From the NCBI GenBank assembly GCA_002104905.1, contig MCFE01000532.1, forward strand, positions 1 to 61,663: DNA of 61,663 nucleotides, written 5' to 3'. Positions 27,090 through 38,054 of the stretch are shown here, in pieces. Made by a program: the position numbers and the translations under genes. The notes below the pieces were generated by a model. That model was not told where the DNA came from. It saw only the letters and a program-made list of their open reading frames with translations, and searched no databases. Position 1 is the first letter of the stretch. Each line of letters starts with the position of its first letter. The DNA is from Basidiobolus meristosporus CBS 931.73 (Eukaryota; Fungi; Basidiobolomycota).

Positions 27090-27421
27090 TGTTGTAAAAA
27101 TTCGTATTTCCACCTAAATATTCACCTAACTTAGTCACTTAGATCATTACCTTCAAATCCTAGAGAATACTGACCAAATTCCTTGTTGGGATTTACTTAG
27201 AATATTTACCCAGAACATGAAAATTAGATAAGTTGTCCAAACAGCCCCAAACTTTGCACACATGTTCTTGGGACCTTCCTTAACCTATTCTATGTGTTAG
27301 TAATGCCAAGACCAGGTAAAAGTATAAATACTACTTTTATATTCAATAAATCATTAAGTGAAAACCACATAATCTACTTGTTCTCCAAATCTCTTCCAAT
27401 ATCTCCAAGACTCTTACAACA
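27090..27421 (+). repeat. 5' LTR (332 bp)
   Basis: TGTTGTAAAAA...CTTACAACA; contains TATAAATA and AATAAA; differs from the 3' LTR by about 11 substitutions and an 18-bp deletion. Confidence 0.97.
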
Positions 27422-27433
27422 GGTTATGAGCCC
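27422..27433 (+). promoter_or_regulatory. Primer-binding site of the Ty5/copia type (internal half of initiator tRNA-Met)
   Basis: GGTTATGAGCCC immediately follows the 5' LTR, the same motif as in yeast Ty5 and similar to Drosophila copia (GGTTATGGGCCC). Confidence 0.8.
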
Positions 27434-27452
27434 CAAGCTGTCACTCTCTGCA

Positions 27453-30400
27453 ATGTCTACTACTGCTATTACTGGAATTTTTCCCTCTGCTGAAAAGTTG
27501 GATGGCTCTAACTACCAAGTGTGGAGGGTGAAGATGAAGATGCTGCTACAAGAAAGAGGCCTTTGGGATATTGTCATGGGAGAAGAATGCCCTCCTAAAA
27601 ACGTGGGAGAGGAAGCCTTGAAGTACCAGAAGAAAGAACAAAGTGCCTTTAACTGCATTTGCCTTAATGTCAAGGACAAATTGCTAATTCAATGCTCAAG
27701 AGCAAAAACGGCAAAGAATGCCTGGAAGGCATTAGAAGACACCTACCAGTCATGTTCAGCTGCCAAGAAAATGTATCTGAGAAGAAAATTCTTTACTACA
27801 AAGATGCTGCCAGGAGAAGAAATGAAAAATATAATTAACAGAATTACCCTGCTGGTAGATGAGATGGAATCTGTGGGCGTACCAACTACTGATGAGGATG
27901 TGATAGTTACCATCCTGAATAGCCTGACAGACAAGTTTCAGGGCCTGTATCAGCCCTAGAGTCCAGAACTGAAGATTTGACCTTAAATTACGTATATGGA
28001 AGGCTCCTGGATGAAGAATTAAGAAAATCAAGCGCCAATAAGAAGGAAGAAGAAAATGCTTTAATAAGCAATGATAACCAACAAAGGAGGTACCCAAGAC
28101 CCTACAAAGGCAACAGCAACCTATATTGCAACTACTGCAAAAGGAAAGGACACACATCAGACCGGTGTCTCAAAAAGAGAGATTATCAGCAAAAGAAGCC
28201 TGAATATGGAAATGCTGCAACAACTGAAGATAGACTATTCATATCTGCACTAAATATGACCACAAACAAGGATTCTCAGACGTGGTATATTGACTCTGGA
28301 GCTTCTCAGCACTTTACACACCAAAAAGAACTTTGTACCCAATATCAAGAAATTCCAATTAAGAAGGTTTTCATGGGTGATGATAGAACACTTGATGCAG
28401 TGGGAGAAGGAACTATCCAAGTAAACCTTAGAAGCAGTGAAGGAAGCCATACACTGACCTTTAAAGAAGTACTCTATGTACCAGAAATAGCCAAGAACCT
28501 ACTCTCTGTAAGCAAGGCCACAGCAGAATGGCTCAGTTTCAGTTTTGACAATTCTGGATGCAGGATCACTGATCAAAATGGTGCTCATATTGCTTTGGGC
28601 ATCAGAGATCAGAATCTATACAACTTGACTTATATTCCATCATATCTGGAATCCAATATAAGTAACTTAAATGAAGAAACACCAATGCTTTGGCACAGGA
28701 GATTTGAACACATCAATTTTGATTATTTGCGTAAAATGATCAAAGATCAGCTAATTTCTGGAGTGAAAATTGATCCCCCAGCTAATTTGGAGCACTGTGA
28801 AGCCTGCATATATGGGAAACAAGCCAGACAACTGTTCAAGAGCTCTGGGTTAATCAAAACTAAGAAAAAATTAGATCTAATGCACTCAGATCTGTGTGGA
28901 CCTATGCAAAATTTATCCTTAGGCGGGATGAAGTATTTAATCACTTTTATTGATGATTATACAAGATACACATGGGTCTACTTCATGGAGAGAAAGGAAG
29001 AAGCTCTGTCTAAGCTCAGGGAGTTTAAAGCCATGGTGGAGAGAGAAACTGGTGAAAAAATCAAGAAAATACGCTCTGACAATGGTGGAGAATATACCTC
29101 AAAACTCTTCATCCACTTCTGCAAAATTCATGGGATAAAGCAAGAGACTACTGTACCATACTCCCCACAGCAAAATGGAGTAGCAGAACAAGCTAACAGA
29201 TCAATAATTGATATGGCAAGATCTATGATCCATGATCAAAAATTATCCTATGATTTTTGGGCAGAATCAGTTGCCACTGCTGTTTATCTTAAAAATAGGA
29301 GTTATAACAGAATGCTTTGTGATTCTACTCCATTTGAAGCATGGTATGGATACAGACCAAGTGCAGAACATCTAAGAATATTTGGGTGTACAGCATATGC
29401 CAAAAAACTGGCCGGAAATCAGTCAAAATTTGAGCCAAAAAGTGTAAAATGCATATTTTTGGGCTACTGCAATGAGAGTAAGGCATACAGACTCTACAAT
29501 ACCAAAGCAAAGAAGCTGATCAAGTTCAGGGATGTGTTGTTTGATGAAAATTCAAAATATTCACAAAAAATGACATCAGATGATGATGAAAATCTGATCT
29601 CAAGTCCACCAATTGTCAGGATTGAATCAGAGCAAAACAATGAAAATTTTTTCACTCCAGAGGACTCTACAACCGTGGTTCAGCCAGAATCAGTGCCCAG
29701 GAGTATCCCAGAAGTGATCATTTCAGTATCAAATGCCTGGAGATCCAATCGGACAAGAAATAGCCCAAATTACTATATCAATGAGGGTACAAACTTAGCC
29801 TATGCCTACTCAGTCCATATTGATGAACCCCAGACTGTAAAAGAGGCCCTAAATAGCCCTCAGACAAAGTTTTGGAGATCTGCAATGACTGAGGAATATT
29901 AGGCCCTGATGGAAAATTAAACTTGGGACTTAGTCAAATTACCAATCAACCAAAAATCAATTGGATGCAGATGGGTCTTCAAGACAAAATACAAGGCTGA
30001 TGGCACAATTGAAAGATACAAAGCAAGACTTGTAGCCAAAGGATACTCTCAAACAAAAGGACTTGACTATACTGAGACCTTTGCACCGGTAGCCAAGTTT
30101 AATTCCATCAGATTAATATTGGCTATTGCAGCCAAATATAAGTTTTTTATTCATCAAATGGACGTAAAAACTGCATTTTTGAATGAACAACTTGATGAGG
30201 ACGTGTATATGGACCAGCCTGATGGGTTTGTTGACCAAGATAACCCCCATTTGGTCTGCAAGCTTAAAAAGTCACTATATGGTCTCAAACAATCACCGAG
30301 AGCCTGGAATTGCAAGATAGATTCTTATTTGGAATCTTTGAGTTTCAAAAGGAGTAATGCTGACTATAGTATATACTACAAGCCAGATAGAGCAAATCCA

Positions 30401-31396
30401 GTTCTATTAGCTCTATATGTGGATGATCTTATTATAGCCGCCAATAACCTAGAAACATTAGAAGAGACTAAATCCAGCCTATCTAAGGAGTTCAAGATAT
30501 CCAATCTAGGAGAACTTAGTTACTACTAAGGGATTAAGTTCTCCATAGACAGAAGTACCCAGACTATCACCCTAAGTCAATCCAAGTATATTCAAGATAT
30601 ACTAAAGAAGTACAAAATGGAAGACTGTAAACCAGCAGCTACCCCAATGGAAACAAACCTTAACCTGGTCAAAACTCAACCAAATCAAGAGAGCTTGGTG
30701 CCATCTGAAAGCCCTGACTTTCCTTATCAATCTATGGTCGGCAGTCTGATGTATATCATGCTTGGAACACGTCCAGATATCTCATATTCAGTGGGAGTTG
30801 TCAGCCAACATAATCAGAATTATGGATCTGATCATATTGCAGCAGTTAAGCGGATTTTTAGATACCTAAAAGGAACTGCTGATATCTGCTTAAGATATAC
30901 TTATAAGGATTCAGAACAGGATCTTGTGGGATACTCTGATGCTGATTGGGGACGAAATTTAGAAGACAGAAGATCCACCACAGGATACACCTTTCTTTAC
31001 TGTAAAGGAGCAATATCATGGAATTCAAGAAAGCAACCAACCGTAGCACTTTCCACCACAGAGGCAGAGTATATGGCAGCCTGTGAAGCTACAAAAGAAG
31101 CAATGTGGTTAAGAAAGCTGTTTACAGATTTAGGCCTATGTCAAAAAACGCCTATTACTTTATTTCAAGATAATCAAGGATGTATACAATTAGGTAGAAA
31201 TCCAACTTTTCATGCTAGAACCAAGCACATAGATATTAGACATCATTTCATACGTGAAGCTATAGAGAATAACTTAGTTAGCTTAGTTTACTGTCCTACA
31301 GATGAAATGATTGCATACATATTTACCAAACCATTAGCTAGAGACAAGTTTGAATATCTTAGGTCAAAATTAGGACTAGTCAGTATGAACATTTAG
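27453..31396 (+). pseudogene. Copia gag-pol polyprotein with one frameshift (~27945) and three premature stops (29900, ~29918, 30527)
   Basis: Gag DGSNYQVWRVKMKMLL; knuckle CNYCKRKGHTSDRC; protease WYIDSGASQH; integrase HSDLCGP, IDDYTR, RSDNGGEY; RT QMDVKTAFLN, LYVDD; RNase H GYSDADW, TEAEY, DNQG, KHID. Confidence 0.97.
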
Positions 31397-31407
31397 CTGA
31401 GTGGGAG

Positions 31408-31757
31408 TGTTGTAAAAATTCATATTTCCACCTAAATATTCACCTAACTTAGTCACTTAGATCATTACCTTCAAATCCTAGAGAATACTGACCAAATTCC
31501 TTGTCGGGATTTACTTAGAATATTTTTCACTAAAATACCAGGTACCCAGAACATGAAAATTCTCAAAGTTGTCCAAACAGCCCCAAACTTTGCACACATG
31601 TTCTTGGGACCTTCTTTAGCCTATTCTACGTGTTAGTAATGCCAAGACCAGGTAAAAGTATAAATACTACTTTTATATTCAATAAATCATTAAGTGAAAA
31701 CCACATAATCTACTTGTTCTCCAAATCACTTCCAATATCTCCAAGACTCTTACAACA
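31408..31757 (+). repeat. 3' LTR (350 bp), preceded by the tract GAGTGGGAG
   Basis: TG...CA termini, near-identical to 27090-27421, followed by TSD TATTT. Confidence 0.97.
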
Positions 31758-31768
31758 TATTTACCACA

Positions 31769-31970
31769 TTATTTATACTCCAATATGGTCTTGGCAAAAG
31801 TAACATCTAGTATATGCTAAAGAAAGCTCTCAGGACATGTTTGCAAAGTCAGGCAGTCAACAGACAACTTGAAGTTTTCTCATGCCCTGGGTACAAGAAA
31901 TTTTGGTAATATATTCTTAGTAAATTCAACAATGAATCAGGGCAAGAGATTATTGGACTTGCAGATCATA
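31769..31970 (-). mobile_element. Truncated, diverged LTR relic C
   Basis: ttatttatactcc...ggtcttggc...catgtttgcaaagtc...gacaacttg...ctgggtac is colinear with the reverse complement of the family LTR. Confidence 0.6.
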
Positions 31971-32129
31971 ATACAACCCCAAAAGAACAATTAAGAAAAG
32001 GCTAGCAGAACACTATCTTAATATCAGCTGAATTGCAAGTCTTTGAAAACCAACAACTCCCAATATCTCAGGCACCAGCTGTTGGTCAGACAAGCAGACA
32101 CATTTTTCAGGAAATCAGCTGCCCACTGC

Positions 32130-32581
32130 CTTCACCAAAATTGGCAACTTAAAATTTGAAGGAAAAATGTCAGCTGGAATAAGATGAATCCAAGTTTGAG
32201 ATTTTTTATAGGGTGCAAGTAGCCAAGTCTATGGAATATCAAGTGTGTTAGGTAAATAGTTGCACCAAAATGCCAAGTGCCCAGAATATGAAAATTCTCA
32301 ATGATGTACGAAATGTCCCAAGCTTTGCACACATGCTCTTTGGTCCTTCCTAAACATATTGTATGTGCTTCTTTTTCTCAAGTTGTGGAAATGTTCGAAA
32401 TTTTCAAGCTTGTCCAAAAGCTCATGAACATTGTACCCGGCTACCTGCAGTCTTCTTCAGGACATACTCATAGTTGCTATCAAAAAGTTGTGCTAAAATA
32501 TAAATACTCTATTTGCACTCAATAAATCAAAATGCAAAAACCACACTTGTTCAAAATTGTAACCACTACTATGCCACAACA
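32130..32581 (+). mobile_element. Distantly related, longer LTR relic D; left edge approximate
   Basis: cccagaatatgaaaattctc, ctttgcacacatg, tataaatact, caataaatc and aaaaccaca blocks occur in LTR order and end in ccacaaca. Confidence 0.55.
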
Positions 32582-32966
32582 AACATCTGTAGGTATCTTC
32601 AGAAACACCTTGGAAGAAGTCAGGGAAATATAGTCGCCAGTGAAACAAAGTAACAAACACTACGTTGCAAATTACTCAGCAACCTTAATACTCTGATTTA
32701 TGTTCAGGTTGGGTGCTTGGTCAACTCTGGGCGATATGTTGCTTCTTGCTTATTGTTTCTGCTACAACCTCATTGCCATATACGACCGGCCTACTGTGCA
32801 AGAATAGCTTTTGCAGTTTATTAGTAATCAATAAGTGAATACACAGAAGCGATTCTTTATATTCAACGGCAATGAACATGATTTTCGATCAATACCATGT
32901 GCGATACACATACATGGGTATACATATTACACTACTATTTGCAGCAGCGGCATCATCATTTGAAAA

Positions 32967-33966
32967 TTACTCTTTGCTGAGCAATATATAGATCCCCATT
33001 ACTCCTAACAAGATCATCTTGGCTTGTGGGTAATCGTTCATCAGGATAGTGACCATTCCTAGGTATGGCATATGTCTAATCATGAGATTCAAGAGTTAGT
33101 ACGTGCAGCAGTAAGAACACCATATTCGCCCATTCACTCCGCCCCAATCGTATCCTATCCTTCTCGTACTCTTCAACACTCAATCATTGATGTGATAGTG
33201 TACTTACCCCTGGACTCTGCCAATGATGTCTTTCGGCGTAATCCAGAGTTGACCTCTGTTGTAAAGACCACGGTCGTTTACTTCATTGTGATCGCCCTTA
33301 GTCAGCAAGAAAGTCTCCTTGGCACCTTTCCTAAGGTCAAAAGTCGTGTTATTCCAGTTCACTCAGGCTCAACTCGGGCCGAACTTACTCTTCATGGACC
33401 TTCAACACTCTGTGAACAATGGGGATATCTCTTCCTTCAATCTTGAATACTGTAATGTCGCCGACTCGGACCGGCTCCTGCGACATACTCAGGAAAAGCA
33501 GGTCTCCTCGATAAAACGCTGGCTCCATACTTCCACTGTTCATTGAGACGACAAAATAAAGTAGTCACCCAAACACAGCCGCAGAGAAGTTCGAAGGGTT
33601 GAAAAAACAAGTGGTCAGTATTGGTGAACTAAGGACGCTACGAACCAGAGCACAGAAAGGCACCTCTGTGCCAGTGGCATCAAGCCGTAGCACACCGAGC
33701 CAACGCAGGAAAGTACTAACCTGAGCACAACCACGATAGGACTCTCGCTGTTAGTCCAGATGCCCATTCCTTTCCACACCATCAGTGCTGACGACACAAC
33801 CATCAACACGTTCAGAACCTGTGCAGCGAGCTATTGTGTTGTAGAAGTAACAAACAGCGACGCAAGGCTTCCGCGTAAGTAAGAGCACAGCTATTCACAA
33901 CAACGATATTGAGCTGAACAAAACCTGACGAACGCTCATACGTCTCAAGGTAGCAAGGGCTTCCAT
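32967..33966 (-). CDS. SEC11: Signal peptidase complex catalytic subunit Sec11, copy 1 (~176 aa, 5 exons)
   Basis: [35 protein letters not shown]...[25 protein letters not shown]...IPIVHRV...[16 protein letters not shown]...[21 protein letters not shown]...KE*; all four introns are GT-AG and in frame. Confidence 0.95.
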
Positions 33967-34047
33967 AGTACCGAAGTAAACGAGTAACAAGAAGTAGTAG
34001 ACTGTAGTGTGGCTTTTAAGAGTTCAACGAGGACAGACCAAACAACG
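33009..34047. repeat. Tandem duplication unit 1 (partner 34792-35857)
   Basis: Identical to the partner, including introns, except the 33266-33284 / 35049-35094 patch and one mismatch at 34012 / 35822. Confidence 0.97.
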
Positions 34048-34749
34048 TTCGACTGGAAGCTTGCAGTTTAGTAAAAGTAAGGGGGAATATTCAATGATGC
34101 TACGAAATACTTGGCTTTCATTTTTCAAAGGAAATTCTGCCACGTCAATTACGGGATTTTCGTTAGGTTTGATTCAACACCTAATTAAATTGTCATCAAA
34201 TTGTCATCAATTTGCATTGCCAAAGCTAACTAGTCCAATCTTAAACAAGATTGGCATTTCAATCCACTTATGCTGATATTAAGGCAACTACATCCTACTC
34301 TCGTAAACAACATCCATGCACAAATGTAAAGAAATAATTGGTCAGTATTGGGTCTATTTCTGGATCGCGTCTCACACTAATGATGCTACTAGTGGTGTAT
34401 CGAGTGTTTTGTTATGTCCATGATTAGTTAAGAGCTTCCAACATTCTGAAATGTAGGCGAACCCTTTTTTAAACCTTCGTTCAAATCGAATACTGAATGA
34501 TCTGCTTTCTCTATCCGTGCGTGGCAAATGTAACATTGAATGCGGTGTGTTGCGTTTATATTTCTGTGTATTTCGAGTGGTGCAATCTTGTTTGTACAAA
34601 GAGTTCTGGGACCTTTCAAATATGTGCGAAATACGATAACGTCATGATGTAGATGTTCCTCGGTGGATGCAAAATACCCAAAAGATATGGATACCGTAGC
34701 CGAGTATACTCCCAGAGCTTGACTCACTGGAGTAATGACGCAGGCATAT

Positions 34750-35776
34750 TTATTCTTTAGTGAACAGCACGTAAACTCCCATTACCACTAGCAAGATCAT
34801 CTTGGCTTGTGGGTAATCGTTCATCAGGATAGTGACCATTCCTAGGTATGGCATATGTCTAATCATGAGATTCAAGAGTTAGTACGTGCAGCAGTAAGAA
34901 CACCATATTCGCCCATTCACTCCGCCCCAATCGTATCCTATCCTTCTCGTACTCTTCAACACTCAATCATTGATGTGATAGTGTACTTACCCCTGGACTC
35001 TGCCAATGATGTCTTTCGGCGTAATCCAGAGTTGACCTCTGTTGTAAACGCCGTTGTCGTCTACTCCATTGTTGAATTGGCGGTCATTTACTTGATTGTG
35101 ATCGCCCTTAGTCAGCAAGAAAGTCTCCTTGGCACCTTTCCTAAGGTCAAAAGTCGTGTTATTCCAGTTCACTCAGGCTCAACTCGGGCCGAACTTACTC
35201 TTCATGGACCTTCAACACTCTGTGAACAATGGGGATATCTCTTCCTTCAATCTTGAATACTGTAATGTCGCCGACTCGGACCGGCTCCTGCGACATACTC
35301 AGGAAAAGCAGGTCTCCTCGATAAAACGCTGGCTCCATACTTCCACTGTTCATTGAGACGACAAAATAAAGTAGTCACCCAAACACAGCCGCAGAGAAGT
35401 TCGAAGGGTTGAAAAAACAAGTGGTCAGTATTGGTGAACTAAGGACGCTACGAACCAGAGCACAGAAAGGCACCTCTGTGCCAGTGGCATCAAGCCGTAG
35501 CACACCGAGCCAACGCAGGAAAGTACTAACCTGAGCACAACCACGATAGGACTCTCGCTGTTAGTCCAGATGCCCATTCCTTTCCACACCATCAGTGCTG
35601 ACGACACAACCATCAACACGTTCAGAACCTGTGCAGCGAGCTATTGTGTTGTAGAAGTAACAAACAGCGACGCAAGGCTTCCGCGTAAGTAAGAGCACAG
35701 CTATTCACAACAACGATATTGAGCTGAACAAAACCTGACGAACGCTCATACGTCTCAAGGTAGCAAGGGCTTCCAT
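34750..35776 (-). CDS. SEC11: Signal peptidase complex catalytic subunit Sec11, copy 2 (~185 aa), with a 9-aa in-frame loop duplication and a divergent C-terminus
   Basis: Same exon structure as copy 1 and an intact ORF; loop [22 protein letters not shown]; C-terminus [14 protein letters not shown]. Confidence 0.93.
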
Positions 35777-35857
35777 AGTACCGAAGTAAACGAGTAACAA
35801 GAAGTAGTAGACTGTAGTGTGACTTTTAAGAGTTCAACGAGGACAGACCAAACAACG
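34792..35857. repeat. Tandem duplication unit 2 (partner 33009-34047)
   Basis: Offset 1783 bp left of the loop patch and 1810 bp right of it, i.e. a 27-bp insertion. Confidence 0.97.
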
Positions 35858-36398
35858 AACGGCCATGGAAGTTTACTCTTTATTATATCCAGTAGAAGAG
35901 GTCTATGTATTTTGTTGAGTTTGGGCTCTCATAACTCGATAGAAGTAATGCCACGTTAGTGAATAACAAATACCAATTAAGTTAAAATACGTTTAGATTA
36001 GTTGACAGCAAGGCACGAGGTAGTACAAACAGTAGATGATGCCAATATAGAATACGTTGGTAGTGAGGGCTTTAAGCTTCAACTAAACAATATCTTATCT
36101 AATGCATACGGCCGAAGCTTAATTCATGGATAAACAGAATTGGTGTTTTATGCTTCATCACAATAATAACATTCCCAATTAAATCCGCTGAAAACATTGT
36201 ATTGGATGTCCAATTAATATCTTTCACGAACGCGAGAATCTCTTTTCAATAGAGTTCGATCCTCGCTGCCTTTGATTCGAACGCGCGCAGGTCCATTTGT
36301 TTTTTGCCCCCTTGTACCAGATCTAATCTTGGTCCTCAACAGTGAATCATATCACGAAATACATTGATAGTTTGAACAAGCTTCTTCAGTGTTCCATA

Positions 36399-38054
36399 AT
36401 GCCACCCAAAAGAGCTACAAAATCGAAGGCGGTGCAAGAGATTGATTCTCCAGTAAGTGAGTCTGTGAGCAAATACGAAGCGATTCTGTGTGTTTACTTA
36501 TACAAAATAGACCCCCTCAAAGACCGTGAGAAAGGAGACCAATGTATCAAGAGGAGGAAAGAAAAGATCAGGTATGTGACTTGTTACAACATACAGATAT
36601 TAGCTCCTGACACTTTTCAATACCGTCGCATTAACCCAACTACTATTATCAAGTCAAATACGACGATGAACTTGGAAGTATGTCTACCTTTAGAATGCTG
36701 GAACTGCCAATTTGCTTTGGTATTCATTTTTCTTGATTTTAGTGGATAGTGACACGCTATCGCCGCTACGACGTTCTCCACGTCAAATCTCGAAAACGGT
36801 ATCAAAATCTACACAAGCAAAACCTCGCAAGGCGCGGAAACTTGAGATGGCGGTGGAATCAGATAGCGATCTTAGCGACAGCCCACATATACAGAAGAGC
36901 GTAAGCAAAGCTCGCTCAGATAAAAATCCTTCCAGAGATCAAAGGAGTAAAGCCCCTCGATCCGTCAAGACAACACCGGTCCTAAGTCCTCAATCTGACT
37001 TTGGCTCAGAGTCTATAGATAGTTTTGAGAGCCCAAGGCAACACAAATCCCGTGCAGGAGTGAGGAGGGCGGAGTCAGAAGACGAGGATTTAACACATGC
37101 CAAGCACAGCAAAACACACGGGAGCTCAAAAAATCTAGAGTCACCTAGCTCTGACGCTTCTGTTTTGTCAAACTTGGATGAGTCGCCAATTGTCAGAGGT
37201 TCTGGTAAGGCCACAAGATCATCACCTCGAATTAACCGCACCATTGGAGGGAAGCATACGTTATCTGCTGCGTCCAAGAATGACCCTCAGAAATCGGCTG
37301 AATTTAAGAAGTTGAAAAAGCAGCTTGCGGAGTTGACCCAAAAGTATGAAGATTTAAAGCAAGTCGGAATTCAAGATGCACAGAAGACCTTCAGCGAGTA
37401 CAAGAACAATGCCGAGCAACAATTCGAGGCTTCGGACAATGCTATCCAACGGTTGAAAGAAGAGCTTTCAGTTCTTAAGGAAAAGAAAAGTACCAAAAAG
37501 CAGCTTGAAAACCAAAAACTGTTGGAAGAACAGTCCAAAGAGCTAGGTTCTTTAAAGGAACAATGTATGTATGGTATACCTGTGCTTTGTAAATTGTGAT
37601 CTAATGCCATTTCTAGTGGAGAAACTCCAGGCTGAAAACAAAGAATTGGGCGAACAAGCAGCCGCCCAAGCAAGCCCGAGCCTAGACCTGTCTCTTCAAC
37701 TTTACCAGGAACTGTCCCATTTAAATGTTGTTCGAATCGAGAGGACTAATCAGGAGATCATCTTTGAGTGCGAGCTAACGGGCGGTAAAGGAAGTAGGTC
37801 CAGCAACAGTCTTATTATGTGGTTGATTTTTCTTAACACGGTCTTGTTAAACAGCACTAAGGTATTTGCTTCGACAAGACTTGGACGACTTGGAAACGTA
37901 CCATTACGAGCCATTACTTGATGACGAGGATGACTCTGAATTGATAGAGCACCTGCCCGATTATTTCGGTGACACGATTTCTTTCAAGAAATCATATGCA
38001 AGCCTGTTCTTCTGGAGAGCTCTTGACTCGTTGAAGGAGACCAAAAAACATTAA
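36399..38054 (+). CDS. CSM1: Monopolin subunit Csm1/Pcs1-like protein with a long disordered N-terminus, multi-exon
   Basis: Starts MPPKRATKSK; coiled coil LKKQLAELTQKYEDLKQVGIQDAQKTFSEYK; C-terminal LYQELSHL...IFECELTGGKG...YHYEPLLD...LIEHLPDYFGDTISF pattern typical of Csm1/Pcs1. Confidence 0.8.

Larger units (their letters stand above)
27090..31757 (+). mobile_element. Full-length Ty1/Copia LTR retrotransposon, inactivated
   Basis: LTRs 27090-27421 and 31408-31757 (TG...CA); 5-bp TSD TATTT at 27085-27089 and 31758-31762; PBS; purine-rich tract before the 3' LTR; gag-PR-IN-RT-RH domain order. Confidence 0.98.

Noticed and set aside
27930-27980. Possible programmed gag-pol frameshift in the Copia
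   Set aside because: The relic at 55670-55740 keeps the continuous frame (QGFVSALESKTEYLTLNY), so the full element has a 1-bp deletion from decay.
34750-35776. SEC11 copy 2 as a truncated or pseudogenised duplicate
   Set aside because: Start, splice sites, frame, catalytic Ser and His and a normal-length C-terminus with its own stop are all intact.
10420-38054. Chromosome-segregation gene cluster (WAPL and Csm1/Pcs1)
   Set aside because: They are 23 kb apart with unrelated genes and TEs between them; no shared regulatory signal is visible.
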